Source of the DNA: Steroidobacteraceae bacterium
GTDB taxonomy: Bacteria > Pseudomonadota > Gammaproteobacteria > Steroidobacterales > Steroidobacteraceae
Assembly (NCBI GenBank): GCA_035487155.1
Contig: DATHMK010000015.1
Coordinates: 67,840-131,839 of the forward strand
Length of the DNA: 64,000 bases
Direction: 5' to 3'
How positions within the stretch are numbered: position 1 is the stretch's first letter; each line of letters starts with the position of its first letter. Made by a program: the position numbers and the translations under genes. Shown piece after piece: positions 41,763 through 50,669 of the stretch. Below the pieces are notes generated by a model that saw only the letters and a program-made list of their open reading frames with translations, made no database searches and was not told the DNA's origin.

Positions 41763-42197
41763 ATGCGCGACACGCCCCACCTCGTCTGTCCCCACTGCCA
41801 CACCATCAATCGCATTCCGACCGCGCGGTTGAGCGAGGCCCCCAAATGTGGGCAGTGTCATCAGCCCTTGTTCACCGGCCATCCCGTCGAGCTCAACGGC
41901 GAGACCTTCCGCCGTCATATCGAGCACAGTGATATTCCGGTGGTCGTGGACTTCTGGGCATCCTGGTGCGGCCCGTGTCGGGCGATGGCGCCCCAGTACG
42001 CCCAGGCGGCGGCGGAGCTGGAACCGGCGGTGCGTCTGGCCAAGCTGGACACGGACGCTGCGCAGAACATTGCCGCCGAGTTTGGTATCCGCAGCATTCC
42101 CACCCTGATCGTCTTCAAGTCGGGGCGCGAAGTGGCGCGCCAGGCCGGCGCCATGGGCAAGGCGGACATCATCCGCTGGGTGCGCACACAGGCTTAG
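41763..42197 (+). CDS. trxC: Thioredoxin 2 with N-terminal zinc-finger
   Basis: CPHC...CGQC zinc-finger motifs followed by the WASWCGPC active site. Confidence 0.9.
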   Translation: MRDTPHLVCPHCHTINRIPTARLSEAPKCGQCHQPLFTGHPVELNGETFRRHIEHSDIPVVVDFWASWCGPCRAMAPQYAQAAAELEPAVRLAKLDTDAAQNIAAEFGIRSIPTLIVFKSGREVARQAGAMGKADIIRWVRTQA

Positions 42198-42353
42198 CGG
42201 ACAGAACCCTCCGGGGGCGGCCCGGTACTCACGAGGACCATGCCACCGCCCCTGGGAAACCATCGAAGGCGCCGCTGCGGAACCGGGGGACCTGAACCTT
42301 CCTCCCCGCCGTGGGTACTCAATCTAAGGGCCTGGTAGCGCGCGGGTTTCCTG

Positions 42354-43775
42354 ATGTTGTCGGTTCTGGTTAGTCATTCTTACTTTCTGCGGTTCGACCC
42401 CAAGCAATTCCAGCGCGCCAAGCCTTACCCTCCGCTTGCCACGCTTCAGGTCGCGGGGATGCTGCGGCGCCATGGCCACCAGGTGGCGCTGTTCGACGCC
42501 ATGCTGGCGGATGGCCTGGAGGACTACTTCCGCTGCCTTCGGGAGCACTCCCCCCAGCTGCTGATCATCTACGAGGACAATTTCAATTTCCTGAGCAAGA
42601 TGTGCCTGGGCGCCATGCGGCGCGCCGCCTGCGACATGATCCGCGCCGCGCGGGAGCGTGGCGCCCGCATCATCGTGGCCGGCTCCGACGCCAGCGACGC
42701 GCCGGATCCCTATCTCGGCGCCGGTGCGGATGCGGTGCTCGCAGGCGAGGGACTGGAGGCGCTGCGACAGCTGGTGCAGCGTCTGGATGCCGACCCGACG
42801 CTGGATCGTGAGCGCCTGGTGTCCGGTATTCCCGGTATCGCCGGGGGCGGCAGCATCAAGGCAAAAGCACAGCCCGTCGCGCGGCGTATGGATAGCAGTC
42901 AGACGGAACGGCCGGCCTGGGATCTCATCGACATCGAAAGCTACCGGCGCACCTGGCAGGCGGCGCATGGCTACTTCAGCATGAACATGGCCTCTTCGCG
43001 GGGCTGTTCGTTCCGTTGCGCCTGGTGCGCGAAACCGATCTGGGGCAATCGCTATCTGCAGCGAGAACCCGGCGCGGTCGCCGAGGAGCTGCTGCATCTG
43101 AAGCGCCACTTTGCACCCGATCACATCTGGTTTGCCGATGACATATTCGGCTTCCGCGCGGACTGGGTGCAGGCCTTCGCCCGGGCGGCCCGGGCCGGCG
43201 GTGGCGCCGTGCCTTTCACCATCCAGACGCGCGCGGACCTGATCACTCCGGCCATGGCAGCCGCATTGAGCGAGGCGGGCTGCCAGGAGGCGTGGCTCGG
43301 CGCCGAGAGCGGCAGTCAGCGGGTCCTGGATGCCATGAACAAGGGCGTGCAGGTCGCCGAGATCCATACCGCGCGGGCGCGCCTCAAGGCCGCCGGGATC
43401 CGCGTGGGCTTTTTCATCCAGCTCGGGTACCTCGGCGAGCAGCTCGAGGACATTCTGGCGACCCGCGAACTGATCGACACCGCCTGTCCGGACGACATCG
43501 GCATCAGCGTCTCCTATCCATTACCCGGCACCGTCTTCTACGAGCAGGTCAAGGCGCAGCTGGGAGCCAAGACTCATTGGCAGGACAGCAATGATCTGGC
43601 GATGATGTTTCAGGGGACCTACGGTTCGGAGTTCTATCGGGCCGTGCGCGACCTGCTGCACGAACAGGTAAAGCTGCAATCCAACCTCGGAGTTGCCGAG
43701 GCTGAGCCCGCCCGCCAGCAGCTGCGCCGCTCCTGGCAGCGCCTGGTCGCGCGGGAGGGCGAGTGCCGCACCTAG
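42354..43775 (+). CDS. Cobalamin-binding-domain (class B) radical SAM enzyme, copy 1
   Basis: N-terminal Rossmann-like B12-type region (PPLATLQVAGMLRRHGHQVALFDA...IIVAGSDAS), cluster motif SRGCSFRCAWC, and WLGAESGSQRVLDAM. Confidence 0.88.
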   Translation: MLSVLVSHSYFLRFDPKQFQRAKPYPPLATLQVAGMLRRHGHQVALFDAMLADGLEDYFRCLREHSPQLLIIYEDNFNFLSKMCLGAMRRAACDMIRAARERGARIIVAGSDASDAPDPYLGAGADAVLAGEGLEALRQLVQRLDADPTLDRERLVSGIPGIAGGGSIKAKAQPVARRMDSSQTERPAWDLIDIESYRRTWQAAHGYFSMNMASSRGCSFRCAWCAKPIWGNRYLQREPGAVAEELLHLKRHFAPDHIWFADDIFGFRADWVQAFARAARAGGGAVPFTIQTRADLITPAMAAALSEAGCQEAWLGAESGSQRVLDAMNKGVQVAEIHTARARLKAAGIRVGFFIQLGYLGEQLEDILATRELIDTACPDDIGISVSYPLPGTVFYEQVKAQLGAKTHWQDSNDLAMMFQGTYGSEFYRAVRDLLHEQVKLQSNLGVAEAEPARQQLRRSWQRLVAREGECRT

Positions 43776-45277
43776 CGCACATATTGCTCGTCAACCCGAC
43801 GATCACCTCCCGCCGCAGCGCGCGTTTTCCGCTGGCCGCGCTCAACCTGTCGGCCGCGCTCGACGGCCGCTACGCCTCGAGCATTCTGGATGGCAACGTG
43901 GACCGCGATTTCGTGTCCACCGCGCTGAGCCGGATCGAATCCGGTGGCGTCGATGCCGTTGGCGTGAGCGTCATGGGCGGTCCGCAGCTGCGCACCGCCA
44001 TCGCCCTATCGCAGGCGGTGCGCGCGCGCTTTCCGCAGATCCCCATCATCTGGGGGGGGCACTTCCCCACCATCTGCGCCGCGGCCTGCCTGGCCGAAGC
44101 CTTCGTCGACTATGCCATCCGCGGCCAGGGTGAGCAGACCTTCATCGAGCTGCTGGACGCATTGTTCGGACACCGCCTGGATTGCCTGCCGGACATTTCC
44201 GGGCTGTCCTGGCGCGCCGGTAACCGGGTCATCCACAACCGCAATCGCCCGTTCTCGACCGCGGGACTGGCGCGTGAACTGCCCTTTGAACGGCTGGGGA
44301 ATCCGCGCCGCTACCTGGGCAGGACCTATCTGGGGCAGCGTACAACGGGCTACCAGGCCGCACTGGGCTGCCGTTTCCGCTGCACCTTCTGTGGCGTGGC
44401 CGCGATGTTCCGCGGTCGTACGGCGCTGCCGCCGGCGCAGCGCCTGCACCAGGATCTGCGCTACCTGCGCGATGAGTTCGGGGCCGATTCGATCCAGTTC
44501 TACGATCACAATTTCTTTGATCGCGAAGAGGACACCTTACCGCTGCTTGAGGTACTGGCTGACATTCAACTGCCCTGGTGGTGCTTCGCGCGCTCGGATG
44601 CCCTGCTGAATCTGTCGGCGCAGGGCTGGGCGCAGGTGCGCAGAAGCCGCCTGAGCATGGCCTACATCGGCGCCGAGTCGCCCAGCGACTGGCTGCTGCA
44701 CGATATCCGCAAGGGCACCAAGACCGATCAAACCCTGGAGGTCGTGGAGAAGTGCCGCAGCAACGGCGTCATCCCCGAACTGTCCTTCATGCTCGCGCCG
44801 CCGCAGGATCCGGAGGGCGAGACCGAACGGACCTTTGAATTCATCCGCCGCATCAAGCGCGTGCATCCACGCACGGAAATCATGCTGTACATCTATGCGC
44901 CGCTGCCGCCGGCACCGGGCAGCAGCAATCCGCACGTGGAGCGCTCGGTCGCCAATCTTCGCGGCGCGGATGGGCAGCCACTGCAGTTTCCGACCACCGC
45001 GCAGCAATGGGCCGAGCAGGCCTGGGTGCAGTACTGGTGCCACACCAACACCCCGTGGATCTCCCCGCAACTGCGCCAGCGCATCAACGATTTCACCACG
45101 GTGCTCGGGTGTCGCTTCCCCACCATCACCGATGTGCGCTCCCCGCCTTGGGGCAAGTCCGCGCTGCGCGCCCTGGCTTCCTGGCGCTATCGCTTTCGAC
45201 GCTACGGGCGGCCCTGGGAGCTGGATGCGTCGCAACGTTTCATAAAACTTTGGGACCCGCGGGTCTCAGGTTTGTAG
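43763..45277 (+). CDS. Cobalamin-binding-domain (class B) radical SAM enzyme, copy 2 (divergent)
   Basis: GTG start overlaps the copy 1 stop by 13 nt. ILLVNPT...FPLAALNLSAAL...IIWGGHFPT B12-type region, cluster motif LGCRFRCTFC, and YIGAESPS. Confidence 0.88.
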   Translation: MPHLAHILLVNPTITSRRSARFPLAALNLSAALDGRYASSILDGNVDRDFVSTALSRIESGGVDAVGVSVMGGPQLRTAIALSQAVRARFPQIPIIWGGHFPTICAAACLAEAFVDYAIRGQGEQTFIELLDALFGHRLDCLPDISGLSWRAGNRVIHNRNRPFSTAGLARELPFERLGNPRRYLGRTYLGQRTTGYQAALGCRFRCTFCGVAAMFRGRTALPPAQRLHQDLRYLRDEFGADSIQFYDHNFFDREEDTLPLLEVLADIQLPWWCFARSDALLNLSAQGWAQVRRSRLSMAYIGAESPSDWLLHDIRKGTKTDQTLEVVEKCRSNGVIPELSFMLAPPQDPEGETERTFEFIRRIKRVHPRTEIMLYIYAPLPPAPGSSNPHVERSVANLRGADGQPLQFPTTAQQWAEQAWVQYWCHTNTPWISPQLRQRINDFTTVLGCRFPTITDVRSPPWGKSALRALASWRYRFRRYGRPWELDASQRFIKLWDPRVSGL

Positions 45278-46299
45278 TGACGCCGCGCCGCCATCACGAC
45301 AGCTCCGATCCGCATCCTGATCCGTTCGCCGAACGCACGCGGATGCGGGCGGCGGTGTCGCGACCACTGCTGGGCGGCCGGTTTCGTTTCGAGAGCAGCA
45401 GCGCCGAGCTCTTAGGCCTGGTGCAGTGGGCCTACGGCGGTCTCCCCGAGCACATCTTCAAGGCGCCCGCCCCGCGCTTCACCGTGCGCCTGGTTCTGAA
45501 TGGCAACGATCCGCCCCGCTCGCGCAGCGGGCCCTCGGCGTTGAGGCTCATGGGGGGCGGGGGAGTTCTCGGCGGCGTGACCGGCTGCGCGAGCTTCGTG
45601 GCACTGGCCCCTGAGGCGGCCGGCGCGCTGGTGGCCGTATCGGGCGCAATGCTCAAGTATCCCTACCATGCGCGTTACGAGCTGCTTGAATTCGCGGTGT
45701 TCACCCTGGCAACCCGCGCGCAGCAGCTCACGCCATTGCATGCCGCGTGTGTGAGCCTGCATGACCGTGGCGCGCTGCTGATGGGCGCGAGCGGCGCCGG
45801 AAAATCCACCCTGGCGCTGCACTGTGCGCTGCGCCAGCTGGACTTCGTGGCCGAGGACGCTGTGTTCGTGACGGCCAAGGAACTGCTCGCTACAGGCATC
45901 GCCAATTTCCTGCATGTGCGCCCCGACAGCCTGCGCTGGCTGTCGCAGCAGCAGGCGCTCACGATCCGCAGCGCACCGACCATCAAGCGCCGCAGCGGCG
46001 TGCGCAAGTTCGAAGTCGACCTGCGTCGCGACCCGTATCGCCTGGCCGCGCGCCCGCCGCAGCTGCGCGCGGTCGTGTTCCTCTCGCCCCGGGCGGGCGG
46101 CCGGGACCTTCTTCGGCCGCTGTCCGCCGCTGACACACGCGCGAGGCTGTCGGCTGCTCAACCGTATGCCGCGGGCCAGTCCAGCTGGAAGCCGTTTGCA
46201 TCCAGCGTGCGAGCGCTTCGTGGCTACGAACTGCGCCGTGGCCGGCACCCCCAGGAGGGTGCCGAAGTCCTGCACGAACTGCTGGCGGGCGAGCGATGA
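45277..46299 (+). CDS. Stand-alone HprK C-terminal-domain-like P-loop protein (putative kinase)
   Basis: LHAACVSLHDRGALLMGASGAGKSTLALHCALRQLDFVAEDAVFV resembles the HPr kinase catalytic core. Candidate starts are a GTG at 45277, sharing its first base with the last base of the upstream stop codon, or an ATG at 45343. Confidence 0.68.
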   Translation: MTPRRHHDSSDPHPDPFAERTRMRAAVSRPLLGGRFRFESSSAELLGLVQWAYGGLPEHIFKAPAPRFTVRLVLNGNDPPRSRSGPSALRLMGGGGVLGGVTGCASFVALAPEAAGALVAVSGAMLKYPYHARYELLEFAVFTLATRAQQLTPLHAACVSLHDRGALLMGASGAGKSTLALHCALRQLDFVAEDAVFVTAKELLATGIANFLHVRPDSLRWLSQQQALTIRSAPTIKRRSGVRKFEVDLRRDPYRLAARPPQLRAVVFLSPRAGGRDLLRPLSAADTRARLSAAQPYAAGQSSWKPFASSVRALRGYELRRGRHPQEGAEVLHELLAGER

Positions 46300-46301
46300 G
46301 C

Positions 46302-47018
46302 TCAGAGTTTCTGGAAGGCCACGGCCCGGTAGCGCTCGCGCTCGCCGCTCATCAGCTGGTTGTTTCGATCGAAGAGCACATCCGGCGCGAGGTGCTTCGG
46401 ATCCGCTTCGCAGACGACATTGAAGTGCGCCGCCACGGCGGTATCGCAAAAGCGGAAGTTGGTCGTGTGCAATACCAGCAGCCCTCCGGGCTTCAGGCAG
46501 CGGGCAAAATCGCCAATCAACCGATCGAAGGTCTCGAACCGCAGCAACGGATCGCTGCGCTGTGCCTTCGAGGTGGTCAGATCGCCATTCAACAGCACCG
46601 CGAGGCAGAAGATCGCATCGTAGGATCCGCTGGCCTCGCCAGCGGTCGTCGCCGCCAGCTCGAATGTGCCATTGGCAAATCCTATGGCGCGTGCGCGCGC
46701 CTGGCAGCGGGCGATGTTGCGCGCATTGATGTCGATGCCCTTGATGTTGGCAGCAGGAAAATAGCGCCGCAGGCTGAACACCTCCTCGCCGCGCGAACAG
46801 CCAAACGACAGAATGCGCAGGTTCTCGCGCGGCCCGATGTGCTCGGCCGCAAACCCGAACAGCCACGGATAGCGATCCGTCCGCGTGTAGGTGTAAGGCT
46901 GGAATTCACCCGGCGCCGGGCGGCGCACCAGGCGCGTCAGCGACAGGCCAACATCCCAGACCGCATGGCGTCCCCAGCGGGCTGCGCCCTTGAACGAAAC
47001 GAGATTTGGAATTTTCAT
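46302..47018 (-). CDS. Class I SAM-dependent methyltransferase
   Basis: Starts at the internal ATG (MKIPNLVSFKG...). Motif I ILSFGCSRGEE, post-I IKGIDIN, and later KPGGLLVL. The longer track ORF upstream is Arg/Ala/Pro-rich and implausible. Confidence 0.72.
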   Translation of the reverse strand: MKIPNLVSFKGAARWGRHAVWDVGLSLTRLVRRPAPGEFQPYTYTRTDRYPWLFGFAAEHIGPRENLRILSFGCSRGEEVFSLRRYFPAANIKGIDINARNIARCQARARAIGFANGTFELAATTAGEASGSYDAIFCLAVLLNGDLTTSKAQRSDPLLRFETFDRLIGDFARCLKPGGLLVLHTTNFRFCDTAVAAHFNVVCEADPKHLAPDVLFDRNNQLMSGERERYRAVAFQKL

Positions 47019-47083
47019 GGTGCGCCCGATGCGGCAGTGAATTATATCCCGCGACCAGGCCTGCAGACATCCTAAAGACACCC

Positions 47084-49189
47084 ATGGCCATAGCAACATC
47101 TTCCCCGCCGCCCCTGCGCCTGCTGGTGATTGGCGCCGGACCGGCACCCGATGCGCTGCACCTGCCGCTGCTTTCGCGGCTGCGCGACCGCGGCCAGGTC
47201 GAGCTGTCGGTGGTGTGCGATATCCGGCGCGAACGCGCGGCGGGCGCCCGTAAGAAATTCGGCTTTCAGCAGGACAGCGGCGAGGCGGTGGCGGCGCTGG
47301 AGCGTCCCGATATAGATGCCGTATACATTTTCGGCAGCGCTCAGCTGCACTATGAATATGGAAAGCTGGCGCTGCGCAATGACAAGCACCTGTTCGTCGA
47401 GAAGCCCGTCGCACCCAGCTTTGCGCAGGCGCGCGAGCTGGCGGATCTTGCCGGCCAGCGTGGCCTGATTGCCGCCGCCGGTCTTAATCGGCGGTTCCTG
47501 AAATCCTTCGCCGCGGTTCGTGCCCGCGCCGGGCAAGCCGGCTGGAGATTTGCCGAAGCCGTGTTCCACAAGAGCGAGTTCGCCAATCCAGCCTCATTCG
47601 GGGCCCTAACCTGGCTGGGCGCCAACGGCATCCATGCTCTGGATGCACTGGTGTTCATGATGGGTGGTCTGCCCGAGCAGCTCACGGCGCTGGCTGGCGA
47701 GAGTGCCGCGGCGCAGCCGGGCGCCTTTTCGGCCCTGATGCGCTGGCGCGACGGCGCCCAGGGCGTATTTCTCTGCAACAACAACGCTGGCTCGCGGCGC
47801 GAGGAGTACGTCTTCCACGCGCCTGATGAGACCTGCACGGTCGCCGCGGCGGGACTCACGATTGAACACAAAGGACAGGCTGCCAGCTTCATACCGCTGC
47901 CCATGCAGGGTGACGGCTTTGCGCTGGAGCACGAGGCCTTCGTGGAGGCGATTCGCAGCGGCAGCGCGCCGCCGCACAGCATCGCCGCGGTCGCCCCCTC
48001 GATGTTTCTTGCCGAACTGATTGAAAGCGGCTTCAGCGGGCGCGTCGAGCTGCCCAAGACCGAGCCTCGCGCGCTCCCGCGCTGGCCGAGCGCCGAGCGC
48101 TCGATACTGGTCGTGCAGCCGGCCGAACTGCAGGCGGCGCTCTCGGATCTGCTCCCGCAATACCGCTTTGTGTCACTGGATGACATAGGCGCATCCGCCG
48201 CTGCACGTCCGGATGTGGTGGCGGCCATATTGGGCCGCGGCTCGGCCGCGCTATCCGCGCAAATCCTGGACAAGCTGCCACAGCTTGCGGTGGTCGGAAT
48301 CTCAGGTCAGTCGGTGGCGCGTCATGAACCCGAGGCGCTGCTGGCGCGCAACATCACCCTCATCAACGCCAGCGATGCCTACGCAGACAGTGTCGCGGAA
48401 TTCGCGCTCGGGCTGGCCATCCTCGGCCGCCGCCGTGCCTTTGTCTCGCACGATGTCATGCGTGCCGGTGGGTGGGGAATCACCCCGCGCATACCCGGGT
48501 TCAAGTGCCTGTTGAACCGCAGCGCCCGCAGTGTGTATCCCATCGTCAGGGCAATCGGTCTTCATACGGTGCTTCTCAAGCTGTGGCGTGCCGCATCGCC
48601 ATGGGTGGGTGCCCCGCAGTGGGGCGCGGGGCGGGCGCGCGATCTGCAGGGGGCGATGGTGGGGCTCATCGGCTGGGGCCCCAATGCGCGCGCCTTTGCC
48701 GAGCGTCTGGTTGGCTGCAAGGCGCAGGTACTGGTGTATTCAGAACATGCCCACCCGCAGGACATTCGCGGCAGCGGTGCGCAGCCCGCCTCCCTTGGCG
48801 AAGTGCTGGCGGCCGATATCGTGTCCTTGCATCGCGGACTCACGGCGAGCACGCGGCATCGTCTGGGCGCCGCCGAACTTGCCAGGCTGCGTCCCGGTGC
48901 GGTGCTCATCAATGTCGCGCGCGGCGCGCTGCTCGAACCCGAAGCGCTCCTGGCCAGATTGCAGCGCGGTGACATCTACGCCTGCCTGGACACCCTCGAA
49001 GGGGAGCCCCCAAGCCCTGCACACCCGTTGAGACGTCTGCCGAATGTATTTCTCACCTCGCACATCGCGGGCGGTTCGCCCGACAACTATGCGGCGGCGA
49101 ACCTGGAGGTGGTGCGCAAAGTCGCGGCTCACCTGGCCGGCAATGGCAGCCAGGCCATTTCCGCGGAACGTCTACGCACCATGTCCTGA
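47084..49189 (+). CDS. Fusion protein: N-terminal Gfo/Idh/MocA oxidoreductase plus C-terminal D-isomer-specific 2-hydroxyacid dehydrogenase
   Basis: N-terminal half: LRLLVIGAGP...VYIFGSAQLHYEYGKLALRNDKHLFVEKPVA (EKP motif). C-terminal half: VGLIGWGPNARAFAERL, INVARGALL and FLTSHIAGGS (Arg/Glu/His triad positions). Confidence 0.78.
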   Translation: MAIATSSPPPLRLLVIGAGPAPDALHLPLLSRLRDRGQVELSVVCDIRRERAAGARKKFGFQQDSGEAVAALERPDIDAVYIFGSAQLHYEYGKLALRNDKHLFVEKPVAPSFAQARELADLAGQRGLIAAAGLNRRFLKSFAAVRARAGQAGWRFAEAVFHKSEFANPASFGALTWLGANGIHALDALVFMMGGLPEQLTALAGESAAAQPGAFSALMRWRDGAQGVFLCNNNAGSRREEYVFHAPDETCTVAAAGLTIEHKGQAASFIPLPMQGDGFALEHEAFVEAIRSGSAPPHSIAAVAPSMFLAELIESGFSGRVELPKTEPRALPRWPSAERSILVVQPAELQAALSDLLPQYRFVSLDDIGASAAARPDVVAAILGRGSAALSAQILDKLPQLAVVGISGQSVARHEPEALLARNITLINASDAYADSVAEFALGLAILGRRRAFVSHDVMRAGGWGITPRIPGFKCLLNRSARSVYPIVRAIGLHTVLLKLWRAASPWVGAPQWGAGRARDLQGAMVGLIGWGPNARAFAERLVGCKAQVLVYSEHAHPQDIRGSGAQPASLGEVLAADIVSLHRGLTASTRHRLGAAELARLRPGAVLINVARGALLEPEALLARLQRGDIYACLDTLEGEPPSPAHPLRRLPNVFLTSHIAGGSPDNYAAANLEVVRKVAAHLAGNGSQAISAERLRTMS

Positions 49190-50659
49190 GGGCACCAGCG
49201 CCAGCAGTTCCTGTACCGCTTCGGGCCTGAGCGGCGCGACATGGCGTTCGCACAGCTCAGCCGCGCGAGTGCCGGCGGCGCAATCCTGATGTGCGTCGGC
49301 ATAGTCGATCCGGTCAATGAACTCCTCGGGGGCAGTTACGCATTCGCGCCAGTCATGCAGCGCATGCAGGCAGTCGAACGGCAGCTCGCCGGTGCGCGCA
49401 AGGTAGTAGGGGCGTATGCCCGCGCGCACCGCATGCAATGCCGCCGAGGAACCACGGTAGAGACAGTAGCGCGCCTGCGCCAGATCCTGCTCCAGCGGCC
49501 TGTCTGCCGACAGCACGACATTGCCCGGCAAGCTTGCCAATGCCGGCAGACGCCGGCGCAGCGATCCGGTATCGACCATGGGATGCGGGCGCAGGATGAA
49601 GCCCAAGTCCGGGCACCTGCGCGCACAGCGCAAGGCGAAGTCAAACAGTGTCACGCATTCAGGATGGCTAGCATCCGGCAGTACCAGGCAGCTGCGCGGG
49701 CGGCCGTGCGGCGCCGGCAGCGCGGGCAGCGTTGCGCGCCGGTGTGACCCATACTGAATGAACCGCACTGCGCGAAGTTCAGGACTGCTGGCGAGCATCG
49801 CCTGCGGGATTGGCCCCAGCGTCAGAATGACATCCGGATCGCAATCGAGGCCGGGGGCCGCAACCGGCCGCCGGATCGCATGAGCGCGCCTTAGGATCAT
49901 GGCATGCTGATATCCCACGCACAGCGGCCGTCGTCCCGAGTCGCGCGCGGCGTGCCAGATCAACCTTTCGGCGACCGTGCCTTCGTAGGTGGTGATGACC
50001 ATCTTTGGGGCAACCGCCCGGCAAAGGTCGGCAAGAGCGGCATGCATCCGCAGATTGGCCGCCGCCGCGGATGACACGGCCTGCCGGCCTGCGAGCCTGG
50101 CAACTGCAGTGTCGAGGGCGCTGCCCGCAGCGGCGGCCTCCCGGCTCAGGGCCCGCCAGGCGCGCGCGCCTTCGCGCCAGATACGAGCCTCCGTCGCCAG
50201 CGCTACCGTGCCCGGCAACACCACGCGTGCATTGGCGCCGCGCCGCTCCTGGAGTTGCGGTGTGTCCGGCAGATGGCTGATCAGAACCAGCAGTGATGTC
50301 GCCCCCTGATCCTGCAACCGGTCCTGCAGAGCGCCGAAATAGAAATCCTGGTCCTGTTGGAGCTGCTCAGGCCTTAGCAGGTGGGAGACGATCACGACAT
50401 CCGCCGGCGCCGCCCTCAGGGGCGGGCGCCCCGCCGCCGCGCGCGCCAGTGCGCGTGCGGCGCGAACCAGGGTCCCTGGAGCCTCGGCAAGACCCCCGAG
50501 GGGACGTCCCGACAGCACGCACCGGTACTGAGCCAGGGAACTGGGATGTTCGTTCAGGAAATGCAGCGCCGGGATCGCCAGTCGCGCAAGGCTGGTATCC
50601 GCAGCGCGCAACCGCCGGTCGCAGGCCGCGGCGATGCTGGCATATTCCTCCTCGGTCAT
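49172..50659 (-). CDS. Hypothetical 495-aa protein; possibly a two-Rossmann (GT-B-like) fold, unverified
   Basis: Starts at the internal ATG (MTEEEYASIAAACDRR...). No motif I can name. Alternating beta-alpha-like segments (VVIVSHL..., KMVITTYEG..., CLVLPDASH..., CLYRGSSAALHAV). The 3' end overlaps the convergent fusion gene by 18 nt. Confidence 0.5.
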   Translation of the reverse strand: MTEEEYASIAAACDRRLRAADTSLARLAIPALHFLNEHPSSLAQYRCVLSGRPLGGLAEAPGTLVRAARALARAAAGRPPLRAAPADVVIVSHLLRPEQLQQDQDFYFGALQDRLQDQGATSLLVLISHLPDTPQLQERRGANARVVLPGTVALATEARIWREGARAWRALSREAAAAGSALDTAVARLAGRQAVSSAAAANLRMHAALADLCRAVAPKMVITTYEGTVAERLIWHAARDSGRRPLCVGYQHAMILRRAHAIRRPVAAPGLDCDPDVILTLGPIPQAMLASSPELRAVRFIQYGSHRRATLPALPAPHGRPRSCLVLPDASHPECVTLFDFALRCARRCPDLGFILRPHPMVDTGSLRRRLPALASLPGNVVLSADRPLEQDLAQARYCLYRGSSAALHAVRAGIRPYYLARTGELPFDCLHALHDWRECVTAPEEFIDRIDYADAHQDCAAGTRAAELCERHVAPLRPEAVQELLALVPSGHGA

Positions 50660-50669
50660 CCGCGGCGCC

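Noticed and set aside
42240-42338. A 32-codon ORF (MPPPLGNHRRRRCGTGGPEPSSPPWVLNLRAW) ending 15 nt before rSAM-1. I considered it as a possible RiPP precursor peptide.
   Set aside because: - There is no convincing ribosome-binding site.
- By my count its third-position GC is about 60 percent, well below the neighbouring genes.
- The composition does not look like a leader/core peptide.
- There is no PqqD-like recognition element nearby.

It is worth a tblastn conservation check, but the sequence alone does not support it.
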